DNA of 64,000 nucleotides from the NCBI GenBank assembly GCA_964425765.1, contig CAYRNZ010000001.1, positions 19,082 through 83,081 on the forward strand. The letters are read 5' to 3'. Source of the DNA: an uncultured Synergistaceae bacterium. Its GTDB lineage: Bacteria; Synergistota; Synergistia; Synergistales; 79-D21. The position numbers and the translations under genes are program-made. How positions within the stretch are numbered: position 1 is the first letter of the stretch; each line of letters starts with the position of its first letter. The notes under the pieces are model-generated. The model was not told where the DNA came from. It saw nothing but the letters and a program-made list of their open reading frames with translations, and did not search any database. Shown here piece after piece: positions 28,238-37,374 of the stretch.

Positions 28238-29023
28238 TTGCACCCGGTTCTTTTCAAGATCGGCTCCCACGTGATCGACACCTACACCGTGGCCTGGACT
28301 TTCTGCCTGGCGTTCGCTTTGGCGTGGACGCGAAACAGGGCGAGCCGCCTTTACGGGATGGACGACGAAAACGCACGATTCGCCCTTTTCTGGGGCTTTC
28401 TGGGAATCCTGGCCGGGGCCCGCCTCGGTCATATCGCGGTGAACTGGCAGGACTACGCCCGGGAGCCGTTGAAGCTGCTTCGCTTCTGGGAAGGCGGGCT
28501 CTCTGCCCTGCCGGCCATCCTGGGAGGAGGCCTCGCCGCGCTGGCTGCGCTAAGGAAGAGAAAGCTCCCGGTGTGGCCGCTGGCCGAATCGGCCAGCCTG
28601 CCCGCGGCGGCCCTGGTGGCGGTCGGTCGTTGGGGGTGCCTGGCCGAGGGGTGCTGTTACGGCAAGGTGACCGACGTCCCGTGGGGGGTTCACTTTCCCT
28701 TCGATCCCACTGGGGTGGCAAGGCACCCGACACAGGTCTACGAATCCCTTTCGGCCTTTTTCCTTTTGCTTGCCCTGGCCTTCCTCGAACGGAAAATCGG
28801 AGGAACCGGCCGCAAGCTGCAGCGGGCGGTCCTGTGGCCCCTCTTCCTGGCGGGATACGGGTTCATCCGGCTTGCGGTGGAACCCCTGAGGGGGGAGCCC
28901 GTCATGGGGACCTTCGCCGCGCGTTCCTGGAGCCTGGGGGTCTTCCTGCTCGGGGCTGCCTGGCTGGCCGTTTCGGTTTTCCGTGCCGGAAAGGGCTCGC
29001 CTGCCGGGGAGGAAATCCGGTGA
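28238..29023 (+). CDS. lgt: prolipoprotein diacylglyceryl transferase
   Basis: Track ORF starts at ATG 28151, but homology-like sequence begins at TTG 28238 (LHPVLFKIGSHVIDTY...), which follows GGAGAGGGGAAAGG. Lgt-like motifs AVGRWGCLAEGCCYG and RHPTQVYES. The start choice is uncertain. Confidence 0.82.
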   Translation: MHPVLFKIGSHVIDTYTVAWTFCLAFALAWTRNRASRLYGMDDENARFALFWGFLGILAGARLGHIAVNWQDYAREPLKLLRFWEGGLSALPAILGGGLAALAALRKRKLPVWPLAESASLPAAALVAVGRWGCLAEGCCYGKVTDVPWGVHFPFDPTGVARHPTQVYESLSAFFLLLALAFLERKIGGTGRKLQRAVLWPLFLAGYGFIRLAVEPLRGEPVMGTFAARSWSLGVFLLGAAWLAVSVFRAGKGSPAGEEIR

Positions 29024-29553
29024 GAGGGGCGGCCCTGGTTCCGCTCGTAGCGGTGGCCGCCATGCTTTACGGGCCCTATCTCTGGGCACGGGCCCGGAAG
29101 GAACCCCTCCAGGCCTACGGCCTTTCTTTTCGTCCCTCCAGGCGGGCGCTGTATGAGGCGGCGGCCGCCGCCATGCTCACCCTCGGTCCGTTGACCCTTT
29201 TGGTGTTCACAGGGTGGCCGGGCCGAACCTGGCCCCGGTCCCTGCCTTTGTCCGCCGTCGCGGCTTTTGCCTCGTCAGGGCTTGTCGCGGCCTTTTCCGA
29301 GGAGGTCTTTTTCCGGGGCTGGGTCCAGACGCTGCTCGTTCGAGCCTTCCACCCGGCTCTCGCGGTCGCCGGTGCTTCGGCCCTTTTTGCCCTTTCGCAC
29401 CTCGTTTTCCGTTCCGACCCTTTTTATCTGCTGACGTTCTTCCCGGGGCTGGTGATGGGATGGCTCCGGCTGAAACACGGCGACGTGGCCCCGGCCGTCC
29501 TCTACCATTTCCTCGGGAACCTCTGGGCGATCTGGTTCTTTCCGCACCCCTGA
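29020..29553 (+). CDS. CPBP-family intramembrane glutamic endopeptidase (CAAX protease/Abi-like)
   Basis: Track ORF (28324..29553) trimmed to GTG 29020, which overlaps the lgt stop (GTGA). Motifs EEVFFRGW, FALSH and HFLGN (the three CPBP motifs). Confidence 0.8.
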   Translation: MRGAALVPLVAVAAMLYGPYLWARARKEPLQAYGLSFRPSRRALYEAAAAAMLTLGPLTLLVFTGWPGRTWPRSLPLSAVAAFASSGLVAAFSEEVFFRGWVQTLLVRAFHPALAVAGASALFALSHLVFRSDPFYLLTFFPGLVMGWLRLKHGDVAPAVLYHFLGNLWAIWFFPHP

Positions 29554-29562
29554 AAAGAAAGA

Positions 29563-29593
29563 GGGAGGCGGTTTTTCCCGCCTCCCCGTTTTT
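29563..29593. terminator. bidirectional rho-independent terminator between convergent CPBP and citF genes
   Basis: aaaagaaaga-GGGAGGCGG-ttttt-CCGCCTCCC-cgttttt. A 9-bp perfect stem with A/T runs on both sides. Confidence 0.75.
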
Positions 29594-29618
29594 CAACCGT
29601 TCTCTTTTCCCGCAGCTT

Positions 29619-31169
29619 TTACTTTTTCTTCAGCTGCTTCACGACGTCGATGACCGTGCCGTCCCGCCACTCGATGACCCCGATGATGCGATCCTCGGTT
29701 TCCACCGGGTCGGTGGGTCCGCACATCTCGTGGGCCCGTGCGACGAGTTCGTCCATGGAGACGAGGGGCACGTTGCCGGCCGTTTTGCAGGCATCCACAA
29801 GGTCCTGCCGGCGCGGGTTGATCGTGACGCCGTATTCCGTGACCAGCGCGTCCACGACCTCGCCCGGCGTGGTGACCGAGTAGACCTGGTCGACGACGCA
29901 GGGGATGCGGCCGCGGAGCAGGGGCTGGCTGATGATGGTGAGCTTGGCCCCCGCGGCGGTGTCCTGGTGCCCGCCGATGCCGTGCAGGAGGGCGCCGTCC
30001 GCCTCGGTGTTCACGTTCACGTTGAAGTCACGGTCCATCTCGGTGGCGCCAAGGATGACCACGTCGAGCATGTTGACCGCGGTCCCCGCGTTCCAGGGGT
30101 TGGCGTACCAGTCGGCCGAGATCTCGATGTGGTTGGGGTTCTCGGCGATGGACTTCACGGCCTCGAGGTCGAAGGACTGGACGTCCATGAGTTTCTCGAC
30201 ATAGCCTTCCTTGAGCAGGTCGACGAAGTAGCCCGTGATGCCGCCAAGGCCGAAACTTCCCTTGATCTGCCGCTTTTTCATCGCTTCCTTCATGAACGCC
30301 GTCACCGCCAGGGAGATGCCGCCGGCTCCCGTCTGGAAGCTGATGCCTTCCTTGAAGTAGGGGCTGGCCTCGATGAGGCGCGAAGCGTACTTGGAGATCA
30401 GAAGGCGCAGGGGATCGCGGGTGACCCGCGTCGTTCCCGAGACGATGCCCGCCGGGTCGCCGATGCTGTCCATGACGGCGACGATGTCGACGTAGACCTG
30501 CGAGATGGATACGGGCGATGCCGGGAATGGGACGAGGTTGTCCGTCACCGCCACGACGCAGTCGGCGTACATGGCGTCCGTGAAGGCGTAGCCCAGCGAC
30601 CCGCAGGCGGACTTGCCCTGCGAACCGCAGAGGTTGCCGTAGGCATCGGCCGTCGGGGCGGCCACGAAGGCCACGTCGATCTTCACGTCTCCCGACACGA
30701 CCGCCCTGGGCCTGCCGCCGTGGCTGCGCAGTACGACGGGCATCTCCATGCCGCCCTCGGAGACCATCTGCCCGATGGGGCCGTTGACGGAGCCCATGAT
30801 CCGGCGGATGACCCCGCTCTTGATGTGCTCGATCAGTTTCTTGTGAACCCCGAAGAGGGCCGTCGGGAAGAGGGTCAGGTCCCTGATGCCCATCTCGGCG
30901 CAGGCGTCGATGACCGCGTTGACCACGTAGTCGCCGTTCCGGAGGTGGTGGTGGAACGACACCGTCATGCCGCTCTTCAGTCCCGATGCCGCGATGGCGG
31001 CCTTGAGGTCGGGGACGACCTTGCTGGTGCGGTCGTTGAACGCCGAGCGGAGTTTCGGCCCGGCTCGGTTCCCCTCGGGTTTCCGGGCGTGCTCGCCCAT
31101 GAAGGGGAGCGTCTTGCCGTAACCTTCGATGAATTCCGGGATTTCCCGTCCAAGGATGTTCTTAGGCAT
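29619..31169 (-). CDS. citF: citrate lyase alpha subunit (citrate CoA-transferase) family
   Basis: 516-aa ORF with a CitF-like N-terminus (…LKSGMTVSFHHHLRNGDYVVN…) and full-length CitF-like organisation. Overlaps citE by 8 nt. Confidence 0.88.
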   Translation of the reverse strand: MPKNILGREIPEFIEGYGKTLPFMGEHARKPEGNRAGPKLRSAFNDRTSKVVPDLKAAIAASGLKSGMTVSFHHHLRNGDYVVNAVIDACAEMGIRDLTLFPTALFGVHKKLIEHIKSGVIRRIMGSVNGPIGQMVSEGGMEMPVVLRSHGGRPRAVVSGDVKIDVAFVAAPTADAYGNLCGSQGKSACGSLGYAFTDAMYADCVVAVTDNLVPFPASPVSISQVYVDIVAVMDSIGDPAGIVSGTTRVTRDPLRLLISKYASRLIEASPYFKEGISFQTGAGGISLAVTAFMKEAMKKRQIKGSFGLGGITGYFVDLLKEGYVEKLMDVQSFDLEAVKSIAENPNHIEISADWYANPWNAGTAVNMLDVVILGATEMDRDFNVNVNTEADGALLHGIGGHQDTAAGAKLTIISQPLLRGRIPCVVDQVYSVTTPGEVVDALVTEYGVTINPRRQDLVDACKTAGNVPLVSMDELVARAHEMCGPTDPVETEDRIIGVIEWRDGTVIDVVKQLKKK

Positions 31170-32049
31170 TGTCGGTTCCCTCCTCCAGGAGGCCCGCCCG
31201 GGTGAGCGTGAAGAGAGCCCTCTTCACGACGGGGGCGTCCACCATACGTCCGTCCACCTGCACGGCACCGAGTCCCCGCTCCGCGGCTTCCTTAGCCGCC
31301 GCAACGATCTTCCGGGCGCGCTCGATTTCCTTCTCCGTCGGTGTGAAGACCTCGTGGATGACGGGAATCTGGTTCGGGTGGATGACGCTCTTGCCGTCGA
31401 AGCCGAGTTGCTTGATGAACGCCGTTTCCCGCTTCAGCCCCTCGTCGTCGGTGATCCGGGGGAAAACCGTGTCGAGTGCGTCGACGCCGGCTGCCCGGGC
31501 GGCCACGATCACGGTTTTGCGGATGCCTTCGAGCTCGGTTCCCTCGGGTGACCGGTTGGTCCTCAGGTCGGCGGTCAGGTCCTCGCCGCCCGGGATGACC
31601 GCGGTCACGCGCGGGGACGCCGTGGCGATGTCGTAGGTGTTGAAGATGCCCTTCGCCGTCTCGAGCAGGCAGAAGATCTTCGTCCTGCCGACTTCGAGCC
31701 CCGCTTTCGCCTCGATCTCGGAGAGGGCTTCGTCGAGCTGCCTGACCGTGGCGGCGTCGTCCACCTTGGGGGCGCGGACGCCGTCCAGCCTGCCCAGCGG
31801 GACGAGGGTTTCGATGTCCTTTCTCCAGTACTCCGTGTCGAGGCCGTTGATCCTCACGGTGACCTCGCAGGAGCCGAACTCGCCTCTCTTCAGGACGTCC
31901 CGGATGAGGATGCGGGCCGCGTCCTTCTCCCGGACGGCGACGGCGTCCTCCAGGTCCAGGATCAGGCCGTCCGGGGCGAAAAGATGCCCCCGGAGAAGCA
32001 TGTTGGGGTTGTTGCCGGGAAGGTAGAGCATCGTGCGACGCAGCCTCAT
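31162..32049 (-). CDS. citE: citrate lyase beta subunit (citryl-CoA lyase) family
   Basis: 295-aa ORF; MRLRRTMLYLPGNNPNMLLRG…LILDLEDAV… is typical of the HpcH/CitE fold. Confidence 0.88.
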   Translation of the reverse strand: MRLRRTMLYLPGNNPNMLLRGHLFAPDGLILDLEDAVAVREKDAARILIRDVLKRGEFGSCEVTVRINGLDTEYWRKDIETLVPLGRLDGVRAPKVDDAATVRQLDEALSEIEAKAGLEVGRTKIFCLLETAKGIFNTYDIATASPRVTAVIPGGEDLTADLRTNRSPEGTELEGIRKTVIVAARAAGVDALDTVFPRITDDEGLKRETAFIKQLGFDGKSVIHPNQIPVIHEVFTPTEKEIERARKIVAAAKEAAERGLGAVQVDGRMVDAPVVKRALFTLTRAGLLEEGTDNA

Positions 32050-32318
32050 GCCTCTTCCCCTCCCTTCAGCCTGGCGACGGCCGCCTCGACGCGGGCCTTC
32101 AGCACCAGGTCGAGCGCCCCGTTGTCCTGGACCGAGACGGTCATGTCGGTGATTTCCAGGTTGTCCAGGGTGTCACGGACCGCCTTGTCCATGGCCTTCG
32201 AGAAGCGGGCCACGCTGGCGCCGGCGAGGGCCAGGGAGATTCCCGTCCCCGGGCCGGCCTCGGACACCGTGACAAGGCAGTCCATGGATTCCACGGTTCC
32301 GGCTTGTGCGGTTCTCAT
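32046..32318 (-). CDS. citD: citrate lyase acyl carrier protein (gamma subunit)
   Basis: Track ORF (32046..32465) trimmed to ATG 32318 (GAAGGAGG upstream). 90 aa. N-terminal AGTVESMD matches the prosthetic-group serine motif of CitD (AGTLESGD in E. coli, recalled). Confidence 0.85.
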   Translation of the reverse strand: MRTAQAGTVESMDCLVTVSEAGPGTGISLALAGASVARFSKAMDKAVRDTLDNLEITDMTVSVQDNGALDLVLKARVEAAVARLKGGEEA

Positions 32319-32406
32319 GGTGTTGACCTCCTTCGGTTTCACGATTCCTATGCGAAAGGGGCCCACCGCGCTGCAGTGGGCCCCTCGGGGTCCTTTTGGC
32401 CGGTTC

Positions 32407-33657
32407 CTACTGGGGCAGGTGCTCCCAGGCGCACATCTCCTTCGCCTTCGCGGAGAACTGCGCATCGAACTTGTCGTAGTCCGGCAGGATCTTCCGGGCG
32501 ACGGCGCGGGCCATGTCGAGGGTCGAGACGGCCTTCTTCTCCCACTCCGGATCGCCGTTGTCGCGGAACACGTCGTAGGTCAGGTCCTTGCCTTCGACGA
32601 GGACGGCGCTGATGGCGGCCTCAAGCTTTTTGGCAGCTTCATCGAGGCCGAGGTACTCGAGCATCATCGTGGCGGCGTTCAGGAGGCCGCAGGGGTTGAT
32701 CTTGTACTGGTGGGCGTACTTCGGCACGGAGCCGTGGCTGGGCTCGAACAGCGCGAAGTCCTTCCCGATGTTGCCGCTGGGGGCGAATCCCATGCCCCCC
32801 ACGAGCTGGCTGGCTTCGTCGGAGAGGATGTCGCCGAACACGTTCGGCGTCACGACGACCTGGTAGTCCTGCGGGTTCTTGATGAGCCACATGGCGGTTG
32901 CGTCGGCGTTCTCGTCGATTGCCTTGATGTCGGGATATTCCTTCGCGATGGCCAGGAAGATCTCCTTGAACATGCCGTCCGTGGCGCGGATGACATTGGC
33001 CTTCGTGGCGCAGACGACCTTGTTCCGGCCGGTGGCCTTGGCGTACTCGAAGGCGGCGCGGATGATGCGCTCGCAGCCTTCCTTGGAGAAGACCTTCCAG
33101 GAGACGGCGACCTCTTCCTTGTCCTTGAAGCGGGCCATACCGGGGTGCATCTCGAAGTGTTCCTTCGGGGTGGGGCGGAACTCGACGGCGGCGTAGAGGT
33201 CTTCCGTGTTCTCACGGAACATGACGATGTCGACCTTGGGGTCGCCCTTCAGGGGGCAGATGATGCCCGGCATCGACTTCGCGGGGCGCAGGTTGATGTA
33301 GAGATCGAACAGCTGGCGCATCTGCAGGATGGCGGACTTGAAGCCCTTCACGCCGGCCTTGGAGGTGATGGCGGCCATGAGGGCGGCGTCGCTCTCGCGG
33401 AGGGTCTTCTTCGTTTCCTCGGGAACCGTGTTGCGCTTCGGGTCGCCCTCGGGGAGCTCGAGGCAGGACTTGGCCCACATGCACCAGCCCATGTCGGCGC
33501 GAACCCAGTCGATGGGCAGGCCGAAAGCCTTGTCCATGGCCTGCATGACGATCATGGCGCCTTCCATGACGTCGAAGCCGGCGTCGTCCCCGGGGATGTA
33601 GGCGACCTTGTAACGGGGCTTCGTTTCCTTCACTTTAAGGACGTTGCGGATATCCAT
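32407..33657 (-). CDS. isocitrate/isopropylmalate dehydrogenase-family beta-decarboxylating dehydrogenase (substrate uncertain)
   Basis: Start set at ATG 33657 (AGGGAGGG upstream). 416 aa. Family motifs YIPGDDAGFDV, LYINLRPAK, FRENTEDLY and NVFGDILSDEASQLVGGMGFAPSGNIG. The substrate loop KSAILQMRQ deviates from E. coli Icd RSLNVALRQ. Confidence 0.85.
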   Translation of the reverse strand: MDIRNVLKVKETKPRYKVAYIPGDDAGFDVMEGAMIVMQAMDKAFGLPIDWVRADMGWCMWAKSCLELPEGDPKRNTVPEETKKTLRESDAALMAAITSKAGVKGFKSAILQMRQLFDLYINLRPAKSMPGIICPLKGDPKVDIVMFRENTEDLYAAVEFRPTPKEHFEMHPGMARFKDKEEVAVSWKVFSKEGCERIIRAAFEYAKATGRNKVVCATKANVIRATDGMFKEIFLAIAKEYPDIKAIDENADATAMWLIKNPQDYQVVVTPNVFGDILSDEASQLVGGMGFAPSGNIGKDFALFEPSHGSVPKYAHQYKINPCGLLNAATMMLEYLGLDEAAKKLEAAISAVLVEGKDLTYDVFRDNGDPEWEKKAVSTLDMARAVARKILPDYDKFDAQFSAKAKEMCAWEHLPQ

Positions 33658-33729
33658 CTGGCTATTGCCCTCCCTTGGATTGTTTGTTTTTTCCACGGGG
33701 GCGCGGGGAGAACCCCGCGCCCCCGGTCT

Positions 33730-34230
33730 CTACTTGGAAAGTCCCAGCGACTTCTTGACGTGGGGGATCAGCCCGCCGTCCTCGATGAGGCCCCGGACGA
33801 ACTCGGGGTAGGGCGGGAACTTGAAGACCTTGCCGCCTGCGGTCCTGATCTCGCCGGAGTCGAAATCCACTTCGACCGTTTCCCCGGCGTTGACGGCGTC
33901 GACGGCTTCCGCCGAAACGATGATCGGCAGCCCCTCGTTGAGGCAGTTGCGGTAGTAGATGCGGGCGAAACCCTTGGCGATGATCGCGCCGATGCCCCGC
34001 TCCTTCAGGCAGGTGACGGCCTGTTCGCGGCTGGAGCCGCAGCCCCAGTTCTTCCCGCCGACGATGATGTCGCCGGGCTGGGCGTTTTTCGTGAACTCGG
34101 GATCCAGGTCTTCCAGGGCGACCTTGGCCATCTCCGCGCGATCCTTGATCGTGTAGGTGTACTTCCCGGCGAAGATGACGTCGGTGTTGACGTCATCCCC
34201 GTATTTCCAGACCTTTCCCTGGATCTTCAT
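33730..34230 (-). CDS. LeuD/HacB-type hydro-lyase small subunit (pair 1)
   Basis: 166-aa ORF; GDDVNTDVIFAGKYTYT… and …WGCGSSREQAV… are typical of aconitase-superfamily swivel-domain subunits. Confidence 0.85.
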   Translation of the reverse strand: MKIQGKVWKYGDDVNTDVIFAGKYTYTIKDRAEMAKVALEDLDPEFTKNAQPGDIIVGGKNWGCGSSREQAVTCLKERGIGAIIAKGFARIYYRNCLNEGLPIIVSAEAVDAVNAGETVEVDFDSGEIRTAGGKVFKFPPYPEFVRGLIEDGGLIPHVKKSLGLSK

Positions 34231-34232
34231 GG

Positions 34233-35489
34233 TTACAGCACCTCCCGCGGGTCGGCGATCTCGCCCTTCAGGGCGGAGGCGGCGACGGTCATGGGGCTGG
34301 CGAGGTAGATGAAGCTCTCCTTGTTGCCCATGCGCCCCTTGAAGTTACGGTTGGCAGTCGAGATGCAGGCTTCGCCGGGGGCGAGGATGCCCTCGTGGTT
34401 GCCCATGCAAGGCCCGCAGCCGGGGTTGGTGATGACGCACCCGGCGTCCATGAAGACCTCGAGCAGCCCTTCGTCCATGGCCTGGCGGTAGACCCTCCAG
34501 GAGGCGGGGATGACGATCGTGCGGACGGCGACTTCCTTGCCCTTGAGGATGCCCGCGGCGACGCGCAGGTCCTCGATGCGGGCGTTGGTGCAGCTGCCCA
34601 GGAAGGCCTGGTGGATCTTCGTTCCCTTGACCGCGTCGATGGGGGCCCAGTTGTCGACGGTATGCGGCTTGGCGACGCAGGGGAGCAGTTCGGCAAGGTC
34701 GTAGGTCAGTTCCTTGGCGTAGACGGCGTCGTCGTCGGCCCAGATCGCTTCCCACTCGCTCGTCTTCTCGATTCCCCTAATGGCATCGAGGACCTTCTTG
34801 TCCGGCGGGCAGACGGCGTTCTTCGCGCCCATCTCGATGCCCATGTTGCAGAGGGTCATCCGCTCGGCGATCGTCATTTCCTCGATTGCGGGACCGTGGA
34901 ACTCGACGGACATGTAGTCCGCGCCGTCGGCCTTGATATCGCCGATGATCTTCAGGATCAGGTCCTTGGCGGAGACGCCCTTGTTGAACTTGCCCTTCAC
35001 GGTGATTTTCAGGGACTCGGGGACGCGGAACCAGATCTTGCCGGTCGCCCAGGCCGCGGCCATCTCGCTGCGGCCGATGCCCGTGGAGAAGGCCCCGTAG
35101 GCCCCATAGGTGCAGGTGTGGCTGTCGCTGCCGATCATGATGAGCCCGGGGAGCGCGAAGCCCTCCTCGCACATCTTCTGGTGGCAGACGCCGCCCTTGC
35201 TGGTGACGTCGTAGAAGTGGGGGATTCCCTGCTCCTCTACGAATTCCCTGATTTCCTTGTGGTTGATGGCGTGTTCGTCGGTCGGGGCCGGGATCGCGTG
35301 GTCCAGGATGAAGACCAGGTGGTCCGGCTTCCAGACCTTCGGGACGCCGATCTTCTTGAAGGTCTTGGCGATCGGGGCGGCGTTGTCGTGGCTCATGCAG
35401 AAATGGGGCTCGACCGTGACGACCTCGCCGGCCTTGACCGCGTAACCCGCTGCCTTGCCCAGTACCTTCTCAGCAAACGTCATGCCCAT
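34233..35489 (-). CDS. LeuC/HacA-type Fe-S hydro-lyase large subunit (pair 1)
   Basis: 418-aa ORF. Fe-S ligand motifs GSDSHT, GSCTNARIEDL and NPGCGPCMG. Stop lies 2 nt before the small-subunit start. Confidence 0.88.
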   Translation of the reverse strand: MGMTFAEKVLGKAAGYAVKAGEVVTVEPHFCMSHDNAAPIAKTFKKIGVPKVWKPDHLVFILDHAIPAPTDEHAINHKEIREFVEEQGIPHFYDVTSKGGVCHQKMCEEGFALPGLIMIGSDSHTCTYGAYGAFSTGIGRSEMAAAWATGKIWFRVPESLKITVKGKFNKGVSAKDLILKIIGDIKADGADYMSVEFHGPAIEEMTIAERMTLCNMGIEMGAKNAVCPPDKKVLDAIRGIEKTSEWEAIWADDDAVYAKELTYDLAELLPCVAKPHTVDNWAPIDAVKGTKIHQAFLGSCTNARIEDLRVAAGILKGKEVAVRTIVIPASWRVYRQAMDEGLLEVFMDAGCVITNPGCGPCMGNHEGILAPGEACISTANRNFKGRMGNKESFIYLASPMTVAASALKGEIADPREVL

Positions 35490-35504
35490 GAGTCGTTCGC
35501 CTCC

Positions 35505-36032
35505 CTACTTCTTGGCCGCCTGGGCCTTCAGGTACTCGATCAGGCCGCCGCTGGCCATGATGTCCTTCTCGAGGTCCGTGACCGCATCGCCCTTGAAGGT
35601 GTTGCCGTTGGTCACGTCCTTGATTTCTCCCGTGGCGATGTTCACTTCCAGGTCGTCGCCGTCCTGGATCTTGCCGGCCTTGATGGCATCGCTCAGGCCG
35701 TTGACGAAGAGCACCGGGTAGCCGTTGTTGATGGCGTTGCGGTAGTAGATGCGGGCGAAGGATTCCGCCAGCACGACGGGGACGCCCAGTTCCTTCAGGC
35801 AGTAGACGGCATGTTCGCGGCTGGAACCGCAGCCGAAGTTGCGCCCGGCCACGACGAAATCTCCGGGCTTGGCTTCCTTGGCGAACTTCTCCTTGCCGGG
35901 GTAGTACTCGAAGGAGAACTGGGCCATCTTCTTCGGGTCCGTCTCGGCGAGGTACTTGTTGTGGTAGATCAGGTCCGTGTCGACGTCGTCGGTGAAGACC
36001 CAGGCTTTTCCGCGCAGGACGCTCTGTTCCAT
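35505..36032 (-). CDS. LeuD/HacB-type hydro-lyase small subunit (pair 2)
   Basis: 175-aa ORF; [17 protein letters not shown]… and …[11 protein letters not shown]…. Confidence 0.85.
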   Translation of the reverse strand: MEQSVLRGKAWVFTDDVDTDLIYHNKYLAETDPKKMAQFSFEYYPGKEKFAKEAKPGDFVVAGRNFGCGSSREHAVYCLKELGVPVVLAESFARIYYRNAINNGYPVLFVNGLSDAIKAGKIQDGDDLEVNIATGEIKDVTNGNTFKGDAVTDLEKDIMASGGLIEYLKAQAAKK

Positions 36033-36060
36033 GGTCTGTCCCTCCTTAAACCTGTGGAGC

Positions 36061-37338
36061 CTACTTCAGGATGTCCCGCGGGTCGGTGAGGACGCCCTTC
36101 ACCGCGGAAGCCATCGCCGTCATGGGGCTGACAAGGTACGTGTGGCTGCCCTTGCCCACCTTGCCGATGAAGTTCCGGTTCGTGGTGGAGACGCCCACGT
36201 CGCCGCCCGGGAGCACGCCGTAGTGCTCGGCGGTGCAGAGGCTGCAGGTCGGGTTCGTGAAGATGACGCCCGCCTCCAGGAACTTCTGGATGAATCCCGC
36301 CTCGGCGCACTGCTTCATGACCTCGCGGGTGCTGGGGGTGATGATCGTCCGCACGCTGTCGCTGACCTTGAAGCCGGAGAGCTTCAGGATCTCGAAGGCG
36401 GCGGCGATGTCCTCGAACCGGCCGTTGGAGCAGGAGCCGATGTGGACCTGGTCGATGTGTGCGCCAGCGGCCTCGCGGACGGTCTTCACGTTGTCCGGGG
36501 CGTCGGGGCAGGAGGCCATCGGCTCGAGGTTCGTCACGTCGAAGTGCAGGTCGTCGCTGTAGACGGCGTCGGCATCGGCCCTGATGGCCTCCACGCGGTC
36601 GAGGACTTCCTTGCCGGCACGCTCGACCAGCCAGTCGAGGACTTCCCCGTTGGGCATGATGAGCCCGACCTTGCCGCTCATCTCGGTCACCATGGAGCAG
36701 AGGGTGATCCGGTCGGCCAGCGAGCTCTTCTCGATGGTCTCGCCGTAGAACTCGACGGCCTTGAAGAACATGCCGTCGGCGCCGAGCTTGCCCACCAGGA
36801 AGGTGAGGTAGTCGCGCATGCAGACGCCCTTCTTGAAGGATCCAGTGGTCGTGATCTTCATGGTCTCCGGGACGCGGAACCAGAGGGTCCCGTTGATCCA
36901 GGAGGCGACGATGTCGGTGTTGCCCACGCCGGAGGCGAAAGCACCGACGCCGCCCAGCAGGTTCATGTGGCTGTCGGTCCCGAGGATGACATCACCCGGC
37001 TTCACGAGCCCGTGCTCGAGCAGGACGTGCTGGCCGATGCCCCAGTTGACGTCGAAAACCTTGCTGATGCCCTGGCGCTTGGAGAAATCGCGGATGATCT
37101 TCTGGTTGTTGGCCACTTTCTCGGCGTGGGCCGGGGCCTGGAGGTCGAAGGTGAAGGCGATCTTGTCGGGATCCCAGACCTTCGCCTTGTCCGTCACCTC
37201 GTCGAACTGCAGGACGCAGTTCGGGCCGCCGAAATCGCGAGCCGTGGAAAGGTCGATGTTGCACCAGACCCGGTCCCCTACCTTGGCTTCCTTGCCGGAA
37301 GCCCTCTGGATGATCTTTTGGATCATCGTCTTGCCCAT
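36061..37338 (-). CDS. LeuC/HacA-type Fe-S hydro-lyase large subunit (pair 2)
   Basis: 425-aa ORF. Motifs [17 protein letters not shown] and a variant third Cys motif [13 protein letters not shown] (usual form is CGPCxG). Confidence 0.85.
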   Translation of the reverse strand: MGKTMIQKIIQRASGKEAKVGDRVWCNIDLSTARDFGGPNCVLQFDEVTDKAKVWDPDKIAFTFDLQAPAHAEKVANNQKIIRDFSKRQGISKVFDVNWGIGQHVLLEHGLVKPGDVILGTDSHMNLLGGVGAFASGVGNTDIVASWINGTLWFRVPETMKITTTGSFKKGVCMRDYLTFLVGKLGADGMFFKAVEFYGETIEKSSLADRITLCSMVTEMSGKVGLIMPNGEVLDWLVERAGKEVLDRVEAIRADADAVYSDDLHFDVTNLEPMASCPDAPDNVKTVREAAGAHIDQVHIGSCSNGRFEDIAAAFEILKLSGFKVSDSVRTIITPSTREVMKQCAEAGFIQKFLEAGVIFTNPTCSLCTAEHYGVLPGGDVGVSTTNRNFIGKVGKGSHTYLVSPMTAMASAVKGVLTDPRDILK

Positions 37339-37374
37339 GGCGTTACACCTCCCGTTTGAATTGGTGGGAAAACT

